Both the position numbers and the translations under genes were made by a program. Source: Polyangia bacterium (GTDB lineage: Bacteria > Myxococcota_A > Polyangia > JAAYKL01). From it: DNA of 56,109 nucleotides. The notes under the pieces were generated by a model. It saw only the letters and a list, made by a program, of their open reading frames with translations, did not search any database and was not told the origin of the DNA. Location: assembly GCA_050287845.1 (NCBI GenBank), contig JBNKCR010000082.1:1-56109 (forward strand), given 5' to 3'. Below are positions 10,813 through 21,249 of the stretch, one piece after another. How positions within the stretch are numbered: position 1 is the stretch's first letter; every line of letters starts with the position of its first letter.

Positions 10813-11382
10813 TTAATTCTCCTTAGACAGTTTAATGTTGGCCAGAGCTTCTAGTCTCGGGTCAACAGTTTGTTCTATCTGATCAAGCTCTGCAGCTGTT
10901 ACCAGACCATCAATTTTGCGACAGGCGGTTTCACACCTGGGTATCATCGGAAGCTCCAGTAAAATACTGTCGCCAATTAAATCATCGAGAACCAGCATGG
11001 TGCCATCGTAATATTCAATCTCCAGATCTTCAGATGTCACTTCATCCCGGGGATCGGTGGCCATGCTCGCAGGTTGCATGAATGTATCGATGTGCGCGCA
11101 CAAATCAAGTTTTAGTTTGCTTAAACACGTTGCGCATTCGGTCTCCACCTCCAGTTCAAGGGTTCCCTGAAGACGAAGCATGTCGGAATCCGGACCGATG
11201 CGGCATGAGAAACGTCCGGAAACCGCTTCCACCGGGTATTCACATTGTGAAAGAAGTCCGGAGAGCCATGGCAGGGGTAACTGCCAGTTGAAGTCAGATT
11301 GACAACTGATTTCCGTTACGCCGACGACGAATAAATCCGATGGCAATCTTTCCGAATTCCTGTTATGTGAAATCTCAGTCAT
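10813..11382 (-). CDS. yceD: YceD/DUF177 family protein
   Basis: CxxCL, ILLELPM..C...C, DPRLEAL; sits directly upstream of rpmF. Confidence 0.88.
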   Translation of the reverse strand: MTEISHNRNSERLPSDLFVVGVTEISCQSDFNWQLPLPWLSGLLSQCEYPVEAVSGRFSCRIGPDSDMLRLQGTLELEVETECATCLSKLKLDLCAHIDTFMQPASMATDPRDEVTSEDLEIEYYDGTMLVLDDLIGDSILLELPMIPRCETACRKIDGLVTAAELDQIEQTVDPRLEALANIKLSKEN

Positions 11383-11434
11383 AACTTTTTAATTTCTTTT
11401 AATGCACCTCTGCTGAACAGCAAAAGTTTGGCGG

Positions 11435-11462
11435 AGCCTACCAGTATCGAAACCTCTGTCAA
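11435..11462 (-). promoter_or_regulatory. Candidate sigma70 promoter of the yceD-rpmF-fab operon
   Basis: Minus strand reads TTGACA-16 nt-TAGGCT with a TG extension and a GC-rich discriminator (CCGCC). Confidence 0.55.
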
Positions 11463-11824
11463 GTGGATAGATGAATTCGCACATGAGGTGTGTAACTGGG
11501 TAGCGACTTTCGCACAATTCCCCGGCCTCGGTCCGATAAATGAGATGTCTCGTTTATTTAAATAAAATCAAGTTGTTACGATATTGGATGGTGGTGTGAG
11601 GCGATTTTTTTTTCGAATGGCGAATGATTTCAGCTCATGGGATGCCGTCGATTTTTTTTTTCATCGTTTGCCCGGGGAGAAGAAAAATATTACCTCGGTA
11701 GTTGTAGCAATGCCCCGAATGATGTTCATTGCGGAACAGTAAAACAGGTTTTATGCACATGATGTGGAAATTGAGTCCGCGGTATTTCGAATGAAGCAAT
11801 TAAGTCGATGCAAGGATAGGCCTT

Positions 11825-12841
11825 ATGACCGTTAAAGTGAACGAATTCGAGTTGATCAGAATGCTGACAGCGCAGCGTGGGATTCATCGCAAAGATGTTC
11901 TGCTGGGCGTGGGGGACGATGCGGCAGTGGTGGATGCCAATGGAAAGTGTCTGCTGTTTACCTGTGATGCCCAAATCGACGGCACGCATTATCTCAGAGA
12001 ACGGATTTCACCATATATCCTTGGACAGCGTATTGCTGCGGTTAATCTGAGTGATATTGCTGCCATGGGGGGGGAACCACTCTGGGCGCTGTGTTCGCTG
12101 GTTGTGGATTCCGGTGCAGATGGCGCGTACTTTAATGAATTGTATCGGGGATTATATGATGAACTTGGACGGTTTTCGGTACAGCTGATAGGTGGAAATG
12201 TGGCGCGAACGGATGCCACTGCCATGACCGACCTTTTTCTGGTGGGGCAGGCAGAAAAAGCGGAGGTCCTGTATCGTTCCGGTGCCAGGGTTGGCGATTT
12301 ACTATGTGTCACCGGCACGTTGGGGGACAGTGCCGCTGGACTGAAGCTATTGATGGATGGCCCGGAGTTCAGCGACAGGTACGCCCCTCTGGTGCACGCC
12401 CATCAGCGGCCGCTTCCCCGGATTGATGTGGGACGAGTTCTGTCCGGAACCAGTGGCGTGACGGCATGCATGGATATCAGTGATGGTTTACTGCAGGATG
12501 CGATGCACCTGGCAAACGCCTCGGGGGTTCATTTGAAAATTGATGACGCTCTGATGCCTCTGCATCCATTGACCATTGAATACGCAGACGCCACCGGGCA
12601 GGATGCCGTGGTGCTGGCGCTGAGCGGCGGCGAAGACTATGAGTTGCTCTTTACGGTGAACGGCAAGGCATATCCTGAACTGGCGCGGCGCATTGATGCG
12701 GATACGGGGGTGCCGGTTACGGTGATTGGTGAGGTGGTGCCGCCGCAGGAAGATAGTATGCCCGTGCGACCTCGAAGTGACAGATACCGGGCGCTGGTGC
12801 ATAGAGGGTTTGACCACTTGTGCCCGGACAAGCTATTGTGA
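11825..12841 (+). CDS. thiL: Thiamine-monophosphate kinase
   Basis: EFELI, GDDAA, NLSDIAAMGG, DISDGL, GGEDYELLF. Confidence 0.95.
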   Translation: MTVKVNEFELIRMLTAQRGIHRKDVLLGVGDDAAVVDANGKCLLFTCDAQIDGTHYLRERISPYILGQRIAAVNLSDIAAMGGEPLWALCSLVVDSGADGAYFNELYRGLYDELGRFSVQLIGGNVARTDATAMTDLFLVGQAEKAEVLYRSGARVGDLLCVTGTLGDSAAGLKLLMDGPEFSDRYAPLVHAHQRPLPRIDVGRVLSGTSGVTACMDISDGLLQDAMHLANASGVHLKIDDALMPLHPLTIEYADATGQDAVVLALSGGEDYELLFTVNGKAYPELARRIDADTGVPVTVIGEVVPPQEDSMPVRPRSDRYRALVHRGFDHLCPDKLL

Positions 12842-12855
12842 GGGCGGAGAACACA

Positions 12856-14604
12856 ATGGCGCAGTGTGGAAAATATCGTTTGCTGTACAAGATTGCCCAG
12901 GGGGGAATGGCGGAGATTTTCGCGGCGAAAGGTCCGGGGGAGAGTGTTTCGGAAAGCGGGGCCACGGCTCCGATTACGGGAGGTGGTCTGATTTGTATTA
13001 AACAAATCAGACGTGAATTCAGTGACGATCCCGATTTTCTGCAGATGTTTGAGCAGGAAGCGCGAATTGCGATGTCGTTGACTCACCCCAATATTGTGCG
13101 CGTTTTCGATTTTGAAACCGGTACGGGCCCGTGTTTTCTGGCAATGGAATTCGTGGATGGCTGGGATCTTAAAAAAATACTGGCCACGGCGCGCGATGCG
13201 GGTGTGATGGTTCCCATCGGTTTTGCATTCAAGGTATTTCGGGACGTGCTTGCCGCGTTGCATGAGGCATCGTCCGTGATGGTGGATGGCGTTCAGCGCA
13301 CCATTGTTCACCGGGACATTTCTCCCCACAATATTCTGGTCTCCCGCGCCGGAGAGGTGAAACTGACGGATTTTGGCATCGCCAGAGCGAGAGGCAGTTC
13401 CCGGATGACCCGCACCGGCGTCATTAAAGGAAAACTGACCTATCTTTCACCGGAGCAGGCAACGGGCGGTGAGGTGGGGCCATCAACGGACTTATATGGG
13501 TTGGGACTGGTGCTGTATGAGATGCTTACCGCCGAGCGCTTTCACCACGGTGTCAGCGAAGGGGAAATTCTTGCTTCTGTGATGAATCCGCCACCCTGCG
13601 AAATTCCATGGTTGAGTGCCGAAATCAACGGGTTTCTGAACCGGTTGCTGGCGGTGCAGGTGGAACATCGGTTTGCTTCCGCAGCGGACGCAGCTGCATC
13701 CCTCACGGATCTGTCCCTGCCCCCCTGTTCGATTTCGGACGCCGGCCTGTTTCTGTATGGGCTGATTACCTCGGCCACTCGCGGCGGGACCAGTGAAATG
13801 GAGCCTGCACTGGTACAGAAAGATGGTCGCGAATCGTTGTCTGTTTTGGGTGACGATGTTGAGAGCAGGGCGCCGTCCGTCCGCATGGGACGTGGGGGCA
13901 TGGCGCAGCGACGAACGCTGCGGTTGGTGATATTTGTGCTCGCAGTCTTGGGAATTGTCGCCGTGGGGGCCGTCTGGGGGGCGAAGAGATACAGCGGTGG
14001 CGCTGTAGTAGATCCTGATGACCCGGGCAACGGCATGGCACTATCGGTGGCGCAGCTGACGGATCCGGTATTGACGGATCGGGGCAGTCCTTCCGCAGCT
14101 GATGGGGAGAGCCGCGCGTCGGCCCGGGATATGGTGCTTAAACTTTCGAGCGATGGGCAATCGTCCCCTGATGGAAAGGCCGATGATAAATCGAGGTCAG
14201 CGAAGCGCGTTAGGACGTCGACCCCGGATTCGCGGGAGGATGGACAACGAAGGAACATAACGGACCAGGGAAAGAGACAGGTTGACAAGTCGGGGAAATC
14301 GTCATCCGGGAATGCGCAGGCCAGGAGCGATACGGATAACGGCACAGGAGAATCCGGAATTGACCGTCCGGATAAAAAAAATAATGCGACGGTTCGAACG
14401 GGGAACATTCAGGTGATGTGCAGGCCATGGGCGTATGTGCGAATCGACGGCGAACCGCATGGCACGACACCGTTGCTGAATCATTCGCTGAAAGAGGGAA
14501 AGCATCAACTGGAACTGGTCAATGAGGAAATGAACTACCACAAACGCATGACCGTGAATATCCGGCATGACACGACCACAAAAATCAGTGAACGGATTGA
14601 GTAG
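12856..14604 (+). CDS. Membrane-anchored Hanks-type Ser/Thr protein kinase with C-terminal PEGA-like domain
   Basis: GGMAEIF, HRDISPHNIL, DFGIA, YLSPEQ; TM helix; low-complexity linker; PWAYVRIDGEPHGTTP; GGAG RBS before ATG 12856. Confidence 0.92.
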   Translation: MAQCGKYRLLYKIAQGGMAEIFAAKGPGESVSESGATAPITGGGLICIKQIRREFSDDPDFLQMFEQEARIAMSLTHPNIVRVFDFETGTGPCFLAMEFVDGWDLKKILATARDAGVMVPIGFAFKVFRDVLAALHEASSVMVDGVQRTIVHRDISPHNILVSRAGEVKLTDFGIARARGSSRMTRTGVIKGKLTYLSPEQATGGEVGPSTDLYGLGLVLYEMLTAERFHHGVSEGEILASVMNPPPCEIPWLSAEINGFLNRLLAVQVEHRFASAADAAASLTDLSLPPCSISDAGLFLYGLITSATRGGTSEMEPALVQKDGRESLSVLGDDVESRAPSVRMGRGGMAQRRTLRLVIFVLAVLGIVAVGAVWGAKRYSGGAVVDPDDPGNGMALSVAQLTDPVLTDRGSPSAADGESRASARDMVLKLSSDGQSSPDGKADDKSRSAKRVRTSTPDSREDGQRRNITDQGKRQVDKSGKSSSGNAQARSDTDNGTGESGIDRPDKKNNATVRTGNIQVMCRPWAYVRIDGEPHGTTPLLNHSLKEGKHQLELVNEEMNYHKRMTVNIRHDTTTKISERIE

Positions 14605-15388
14605 ACTGCTTGTCAGTACAGTGCTGTGCGCATTGGCGATTGTTGGTTGCGGCCCCCGGGAACCCACCACGGGGGATATACGGGATGGCCGTCACCAGTT
14701 GCTTTCGGATGAATCTCGCGGGAAGTTGTTTTTCAGAGCGATCCGACAGGGCAGGCGCGATGAAGTGATGCGTCTGTTGGATGAAGGGGTGGATGTGAAT
14801 ATGACAGATGCTGCGTCGAGAACACCGTTGATGGCGGCGGCGATTGGGGGCGATACTGATATCCTTGTTTCGCTGTTGAATTCCGGTGCGAATGTGTCCA
14901 TGAAGCAGCGGGATGGGGCAACTGCGTTATTTCTGGCGGCCGGACGTGGCGATGAGGAAACCTGCCTGATACTCATCGAAGCGGGGGGCGACGTGAACGC
15001 CCGGAATCTGTTGAGGATGACCCCCCTGATGATGGCCACAATGGATGGCAGCGATGGCGTGATTCGGATCCTTGTGGAGAATGGTGCGGATGTCAATGCG
15101 AGCACTGATCAGGGTGTCAACGCGTTGATGATTGCCGCAATGGATGGTCGCAGTGAACTGGCGGATGTTCTGATAGAGCAGGGGACCGATGTGAATGCGG
15201 TATCCGCAGTGGGAGAGACCGCTCTGATGATTGCGGCGCAACGTGGACAACGCAACGCGGTGGAGATGCTGCTGGCCAGGGGCGCTGATTGGAAGAAAAA
15301 AGCTGCCAACGGAATGACCGCCAGAGAGATGGCTGACAGGGCCGGGTTTGTGGAGGTTGTTCAGCTGATTGCGGGGATTGGCCCATGA
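14567..15388 (+). CDS. Ankyrin-repeat lipoprotein (start may be TTG 14597)
   Basis: Lipobox-like IVGC; about six TPLMxA..GADVN repeats. Confidence 0.88.
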   Translation: MTRPQKSVNGLSRLLVSTVLCALAIVGCGPREPTTGDIRDGRHQLLSDESRGKLFFRAIRQGRRDEVMRLLDEGVDVNMTDAASRTPLMAAAIGGDTDILVSLLNSGANVSMKQRDGATALFLAAGRGDEETCLILIEAGGDVNARNLLRMTPLMMATMDGSDGVIRILVENGADVNASTDQGVNALMIAAMDGRSELADVLIEQGTDVNAVSAVGETALMIAAQRGQRNAVEMLLARGADWKKKAANGMTAREMADRAGFVEVVQLIAGIGP

Positions 15389-15915
15389 TGTGCTTTCGGT
15401 GGATCGCGCTGGCGATGGTTGCCGGATTGTTTGTCATGGCATGCGGATATGTCCCCGTTGCCCGGCATGTTGCCGATAATCATGCCACTGCAATGGTTCA
15501 CATTCTTCCTGTGGAAAATCAGACGGCGTATCGGGATATTTCGATTCCTCTCCAGAAAGCGGTGCGCCATCACCTGCGAACGGTGGGGGTTGGGAGTGGA
15601 GAGTCTGGGAGGGGGGAGGCGCCGATTCTTTCAATCCGGGTATTTGATATTGCAGCCGCTACTGAGGCGCTGGAGATTCAGAAACACCGCGAAGTGCCGG
15701 TCAATCAGAAATGGCAGATTCATGCAGCGGTGACACTGACGGGCGACGATCGACAAGTGATACTGGGGCCAACCATCGTCAGTGTTTCAGAATACGTTTC
15801 TGCACTGGATTCCATTGCAGCTGAAATCTCACTGTCTTCGCAAATGCGAACATTGTTGCTGGATCGGATGGCACAGGACATTGCCTATCTGATTTTGGCG
15901 TTCTATGGCGACTGA
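15385..15915 (+). CDS. LptE-like lipoprotein
   Basis: Lipobox MACGY; V.I.PVENQT; length and C-terminal helix typical of LptE. Confidence 0.55.
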   Translation: MMCFRWIALAMVAGLFVMACGYVPVARHVADNHATAMVHILPVENQTAYRDISIPLQKAVRHHLRTVGVGSGESGRGEAPILSIRVFDIAAATEALEIQKHREVPVNQKWQIHAAVTLTGDDRQVILGPTIVSVSEYVSALDSIAAEISLSSQMRTLLLDRMAQDIAYLILAFYGD

Positions 15916-16016
15916 ACGCCGCAGATAGTCGAATGTTGACTCGCCTGTTCTTTACTAACTATCACAAATCTGTTATTTATCTTAATTACGGACTCTGGTG
16001 CAAATCGCGCCAATAA

Positions 16017-18188
16017 GTGTCCAGGGGAGAGCATGGCTTGAGGTTCGATTTGAGCGAAATATCCCGGGATTTGATGTCTCTTGCACTGGATGATTACTCT
16101 CTCGAGGAATTTTCTGAAAAGGCGGCTGAGTTGATTGTGGCAATCCCCGGATTCTGCAGTAGGCCCATTTGCAGTTTTTTTCTCGTGCATCCACATAAAC
16201 GGAAATTACAGCCACTTTCGTGTTTGGGCTGTTCAGCGCAGCAGGTCACCGAATACCGGAATCTGAAGAATCCGGATTGTCTGTTCTTTGTGGCGGCAAG
16301 AACAGGTGAAATTGCGGTAATGAACACCGAATCCTGTTCCGGTCAATGTGCCTGCGACGGGTCGACGGGATTGCATATTGTCCCGCTCCGCAAAGGCAAC
16401 GCAACCGTGGCAGTGATGGCGCTTTCCCTGTGTTCCTCCGGAACACCCGACGAAGCGCAACTGAAGGTGTTGCAAATGGTCTCTGAAATTCTGACTCGTG
16501 CGTTTTCGCGACTCGTGATGATGAAACAGAAAGAGGAGCAGGCCCTGCTGGTCCATGAGAGTCCCAATCCCGTTCTGGAGTGTGATTCAGAAGGAGAGGT
16601 GATTTACGCCAATCCCACTGTGAAAAAGCTTCTGTGGCAAAACAGTGTGGATCAGGATGATTTGTTACCTCCCAATCATATAGAGTATGTTCGTTCTGTC
16701 ATTTGGCTACACACGCCGGAATCTGCGAAATGTGACGTGGGGAACAGCACCTTCAACTGGACCTATCATTATGTGGCCGAATCTGATCGGGTTTTTCTTT
16801 ATGGCGTCGACATATCTGAGCAGAAGCGAATTGAAACGCAGCTGGTCCACGATGCCATGCACGATGAGCTGACAGATCTGCCCAATCGAACTCACCTGCT
16901 CAGCATTCTCAAAAGTGAGCTCTCGGTGATCAAACGGCGTGGCGACTATTCTTTCGCGTTGCTGTTGATTGACCTTGACCGGTTTAAAACAGTGATTGAA
17001 AGTCTGGGATTTCAGGCCGGAAATGATGTGTTGAGAGAGATAGGAATTCGGCTGCGCAGTTGGCGAGGACACGACAAAGTGGTGGCACGGATGGGGGGCG
17101 ACGAATTTGCGGTGATTCTGGAAGATATTGGCAGCATCTCACGGGTGGTGGAGCTGGCCACGAGTATCAACCAGCTTATTTCTGCGCCATTCCGGGTGAA
17201 TGAAAACAGCATATCCCTCACTGTCAGTATTGGTATTGCCATGGGAAACGCGTTGAATCAGACCCCGGAAGGGTTGCTTCACAATGCGAGTGCCGCGGTG
17301 TATCGGGCCAAACGGCAGGGGGCCAACCTGACCGAGGTATTCGATAAGGAAATGCATCTGAATGCGCTGGCCCGTTTGCAGATTCACAACGAGTTGCGTA
17401 AAGCGATTTCGGCGGGCGATTTGCTCGTTTACTACCAGCCGGTGCTGGGGCTCAACGATCTTCGGGTACGGGGGTTCGAAGCTTTGGCCCGCTGGCAACA
17501 TCCGGAAAAGGGACTGCTTGGACCCGGCGCGTTTATTCCCATTGCCGAGGAAACGGGATTGATTTCCGAGCTGGGTGCGCACGTGATTCGAACAGTGTGC
17601 AAACAGCTGGCAGAGTGGAAGGCAGCGCAGTTTCCACTGGCGTGGGTGTCTGTGAATCTTTCGGCACACCAGTTTCAGAACGAACATCTCGTTGCAGATA
17701 TTATGCGCAATATTGTGGAAGCTGGCGCGGATCCCTCGCGGCTGTTCATTGAAATTACGGAAGGTACCGCGGCGGAGCATCCGGAGCGGGCATTCGAGAT
17801 GATGAACAAGCTGAGAGAACACGGAATCCGGATTGCCCTGGACGATTTTGGCACCGGGTATTCATCCATGAGTTATCTTAAACGGTTTCCCATTGATACC
17901 CTTAAACTGGATCGAAGCTTCATCAAGGGATTGCCCGAAAGCCAGGACGACGCGGCGATTGCCACGACCGTTATCAATATGGCCCGGTCTCTCGGAATGA
18001 AGGTGGTGGCCGAAGGGGTTGAAGATGAGCGTCAGGCCATGTTCCTTCGTTTGCAGCAATGCGATGAAGTACAGGGTTTTCTGTACGGCAAGCCGATGCC
18101 CGTGCACAATGCAACGTTGTTGCTCAAGGCCGGTGCGCGAATTAAAAGTGAAGCCCCCCCTCTTTCTCGAATAAAAATCACCCAGTAG
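16017..18188 (+). CDS. GAF-PAS-GGDEF-EAL c-di-GMP signalling protein
   Basis: ESPNPVL PAS; RMGGDEF; FEALARW, EITE, DDFGTGYSS, AEGVE, QGF. Confidence 0.93.
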   Translation: MSRGEHGLRFDLSEISRDLMSLALDDYSLEEFSEKAAELIVAIPGFCSRPICSFFLVHPHKRKLQPLSCLGCSAQQVTEYRNLKNPDCLFFVAARTGEIAVMNTESCSGQCACDGSTGLHIVPLRKGNATVAVMALSLCSSGTPDEAQLKVLQMVSEILTRAFSRLVMMKQKEEQALLVHESPNPVLECDSEGEVIYANPTVKKLLWQNSVDQDDLLPPNHIEYVRSVIWLHTPESAKCDVGNSTFNWTYHYVAESDRVFLYGVDISEQKRIETQLVHDAMHDELTDLPNRTHLLSILKSELSVIKRRGDYSFALLLIDLDRFKTVIESLGFQAGNDVLREIGIRLRSWRGHDKVVARMGGDEFAVILEDIGSISRVVELATSINQLISAPFRVNENSISLTVSIGIAMGNALNQTPEGLLHNASAAVYRAKRQGANLTEVFDKEMHLNALARLQIHNELRKAISAGDLLVYYQPVLGLNDLRVRGFEALARWQHPEKGLLGPGAFIPIAEETGLISELGAHVIRTVCKQLAEWKAAQFPLAWVSVNLSAHQFQNEHLVADIMRNIVEAGADPSRLFIEITEGTAAEHPERAFEMMNKLREHGIRIALDDFGTGYSSMSYLKRFPIDTLKLDRSFIKGLPESQDDAAIATTVINMARSLGMKVVAEGVEDERQAMFLRLQQCDEVQGFLYGKPMPVHNATLLLKAGARIKSEAPPLSRIKITQ

Positions 18189-18229
18189 TTCGACCCTCAA
18201 CATCAGAATGAAACAAAGGATATAAACGG

Positions 18230-19357
18230 ATGTCGGTGAAAGTATCCATACAGCTGTTATCAGACTATGAGCCTGCGCGGGTTGCGGAGGCCATGTCCGC
18301 GCTGCTGGCCCCTCTCGGCGGAACAGGTGCATTCACAACGGAACAGAACACCGTGGTGCTTAAACCCAATCTGCTCGCACCGCGTCGGGTTGAAAAAGCG
18401 GTGAGTACCCATCCGGAAATTGTCCGGGCCACCGCAAACCAACTCCAATCAGCGGGTATTTCCAGGGTGCTGGTTACGGACAGCCCGGGAATTGGTTCGG
18501 CGACGATTTGTGCAAGGAAGCTTGGGCTTGTGAAAAGCGGGGCTATGGAAATCGTCAATCCGGATAAAGCGGAATGGGTGACATCGAAGGAAGCCGGCAT
18601 GTGGAAATTGCATCTGTCGACGTTGATGCGCACATATCCGGTGATCAATATCGCCAAGGCCAAAACCCATGGACAGATGGTGATCTCCGCTGCGGTGAAA
18701 AATATGTTCGGCGCGGTGATTGGCCTCGAAAAAGCCCAGTGGCACTATCGCATTGGCCGGGACCCTCATCGGTTTGGTCGCCTGCTGGTGCATATCTACG
18801 AAACGATTGCCCCGGCGCTCAATATTCTGGACGGGGTGATTGGTATGGAGGGCAACGGACCGGGGTCCGGAACACCGAGACCTCTGGGAATTCTGATGGC
18901 CAGCGAAAACGCCCATGCCCTTGATGCGGTGCTCTGTCGCATCTGGAAACTGCATCCCGAAAAGATATACACTCTCCGCGCCGCAAAAGAGATGGGGGTG
19001 TTGCCCGATGAAAAGGAAATTGAAATTATCGGACCCCCCATTCAGACCCTTCATCCTTCGCCGGACTGGAAAATGGCCGCCAGACATTCGGTGGGCAAAC
19101 TGGCCGGTCCCGAGTGGATGACACCTCTTTTTGAAAAACTGCTCAGGACCACTCCGCGCATTCATTATCCCGCCTGTACCATGTGCATGGAATGTGTTCA
19201 CCACTGCGCTGCCGAAGCCATGGACGCGTCGTCCGGTTGCATTGAAATCGACATGAAGAAATGCATCTCCTGCTTCTGCTGCCAGGAAATGTGTCCCCAC
19301 GGTGCCATCACCGTCCAATCCGGCACCCTTGCAAAGCTGTTGCGACTGGGGCGTTAG
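18230..19357 (+). CDS. DUF362 protein with C-terminal 2x[4Fe-4S] ferredoxin domain
   Basis: LKPNLL, THPE, KTH, KNMFG, GMEGNGP; CTMCMECVHHC and CISCFCCQEMCP. Confidence 0.9.
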   Translation: MSVKVSIQLLSDYEPARVAEAMSALLAPLGGTGAFTTEQNTVVLKPNLLAPRRVEKAVSTHPEIVRATANQLQSAGISRVLVTDSPGIGSATICARKLGLVKSGAMEIVNPDKAEWVTSKEAGMWKLHLSTLMRTYPVINIAKAKTHGQMVISAAVKNMFGAVIGLEKAQWHYRIGRDPHRFGRLLVHIYETIAPALNILDGVIGMEGNGPGSGTPRPLGILMASENAHALDAVLCRIWKLHPEKIYTLRAAKEMGVLPDEKEIEIIGPPIQTLHPSPDWKMAARHSVGKLAGPEWMTPLFEKLLRTTPRIHYPACTMCMECVHHCAAEAMDASSGCIEIDMKKCISCFCCQEMCPHGAITVQSGTLAKLLRLGR

Positions 19358-19374
19358 GCTTTACTCAGATAGGG

Positions 19375-21249
19375 TCACGCGGCGCGGCGGTTTTTGCGGT
19401 TGCGGGAAACGCGGTTGTTGGTGGGAAGCGAATTGGAGCGATTGCTGCCTCGGCGGTTTGAGCGGGGAAGGGCGCTCTCCGCGGTGCGATGTTTTGATTT
19501 TTTCTTTGCGGATGGCAGTGTCCCGAACATAGCGTCGGCCTTGGTAATGTTCAGTTGCTGGTTGCACACCCAGACGGTTTTAAGGGAGCGCCACACTTTA
19601 CGTGGGATATTGCCCGGGAGCTCCACAAACGAAAAGTGTTCCTGAACGTGAATGCGTCCGATAAACTGGCTGTGGATGTTGGCTTCATTGGCAATGGCGC
19701 CTACGATATTGGCCGGAGTGACGCCGTGCTTCTCACCCACTTCCACGCGGAATGTCTGCATGGCATCCGGGGTCGGGGTAAATTCCATTGGACTGTTATT
19801 GACCGGCGCATCTGATCTGGATGGCCTGGTCCGTTCATTGGTGCGCCGCTCCGGTCTTCTGTCCGATGCTTTGTTATCTTCCCGGAATCGACCGGAACGT
19901 TCGCCGAATGAGTCTTTTTCCGAAAGCAGGATGGGACGGTCCCCCTGCAGGATGTGGGCAATGGCAGCGGATACAGCCATCGGATCCTCGTCATGGGTCG
20001 TGAAGTAGTTCTGTATCAGTTCTTCAAAAAAACGGGTGTCCTCGTTTTGAATGGTATGGGTGATTCTGGCATGAAAATCTTCAATGCGCTTTTGATTGAT
20101 TTGCCGGACGGATGGCACAGCCATACTGTCGATGGGCTGCGCAGTGGTTTTTTCGATGGCGTGGAGATGTCGTTTTTCCTGTGGGGTTAAAAACAGAATG
20201 GCTTCCCCCGTTCTGCCCGCCCGCCCGGTGCGACCGATGCGGTGCACGTAGCTTTCAGTATCGTTGGGCAAGTCGAAGTTCACCACATGACTGATGCGTT
20301 CCACGTCGAGACCCCGCGCGGCCACATCGGTGGCCACCAGGATATTCAGACTGCCATTTTTCAGTCTCTCCACGGTGCGCTCCCTCAGATTCTGGGAAAG
20401 ATCCCCGTTCAGGGCGCAGGCCTGGATGCCATGAGCACACAGTTTCTCCGCCACTTCAACGGTTGCGGTCTTTGTTTTGACAAACACCATTACGCCGTCG
20501 TGGGCCTCCATTTCGAGAATCCGAATCAGTGCATCCACTTTCTGACGGCCCGCCACCACGGTATACCGCTGTCGGATAGACGTGGCGGCCGCAGTGCGGG
20601 TTTCGATAATGACTTCTTCAGGTGACTGAAGATACCTGGATGCAATTCGCCGAATGGGAGCGGGCATCGTTGCGGAAAACAGCGCAATCTGCCTGGCTTC
20701 GGGGAGCTGCTCCAGAACCCACGCTACATCATCAATGAATCCCATGCGCAACATTTCGTCCGCTTCATCGAGCACAAGGGTTCGGAGGTGGTCCAGGTGC
20801 AATGTTCCCCGGCGCATATGGTCCATGACCCGCCCGGGCGTACCCACCACAATGTGAGCGCCCTGGCGCAGACCTCTGAGTTGCACGTCGTAATCACTGC
20901 CACCGTAAACGGGAAGAACTGACAATCCTTTAAGATGTTTTCCGTATGTCTGGAATCCTCTGGCGACCTGGTTGGCCAGCTCCCTGGTGGGGGCCAGCAC
21001 CAGTATCTGCGGATTACGATTTGCAATATCGATGCCGGTCAGCAGCGGCAGGGCAAATGCCGCGGTCTTCCCGGAACCCGTCTGCGCCTTGGCAATCATA
21101 TCTTTGCCAGAGAGCAGAACCGGAATACTGCGGGCCTGAATCGGGGTTGGTTCAGTGTATCCGCTTTCATGGATTGCCTGAAGAACCGGGGCCGGGAGCG
21201 CCAGTGATGTAAATGAGGGGGGTGAATCGGCGTGGTTTTGCGATTGCAT
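19375..21249 (-). CDS. deaD: DEAD-box RNA helicase DeaD/CsdA
   Basis: AQTGSGKT, PTRELA, DEADEML, SAT, HRIGRTGRAG, DbpA RNA-binding domain (GAIANEA). Confidence 0.93.
   Translation of the reverse strand: MQSQNHADSPPSFTSLALPAPVLQAIHESGYTEPTPIQARSIPVLLSGKDMIAKAQTGSGKTAAFALPLLTGIDIANRNPQILVLAPTRELANQVARGFQTYGKHLKGLSVLPVYGGSDYDVQLRGLRQGAHIVVGTPGRVMDHMRRGTLHLDHLRTLVLDEADEMLRMGFIDDVAWVLEQLPEARQIALFSATMPAPIRRIASRYLQSPEEVIIETRTAAATSIRQRYTVVAGRQKVDALIRILEMEAHDGVMVFVKTKTATVEVAEKLCAHGIQACALNGDLSQNLRERTVERLKNGSLNILVATDVAARGLDVERISHVVNFDLPNDTESYVHRIGRTGRAGRTGEAILFLTPQEKRHLHAIEKTTAQPIDSMAVPSVRQINQKRIEDFHARITHTIQNEDTRFFEELIQNYFTTHDEDPMAVSAAIAHILQGDRPILLSEKDSFGERSGRFREDNKASDRRPERRTNERTRPSRSDAPVNNSPMEFTPTPDAMQTFRVEVGEKHGVTPANIVGAIANEANIHSQFIGRIHVQEHFSFVELPGNIPRKVWRSLKTVWVCNQQLNITKADAMFGTLPSAKKKSKHRTAESALPRSNRRGSNRSNSLPTNNRVSRNRKNRRAA

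Noticed and set aside
13542..14408. 288 aa antisense ORF
   Set aside because: It is antisense to the kinase's low-complexity region.
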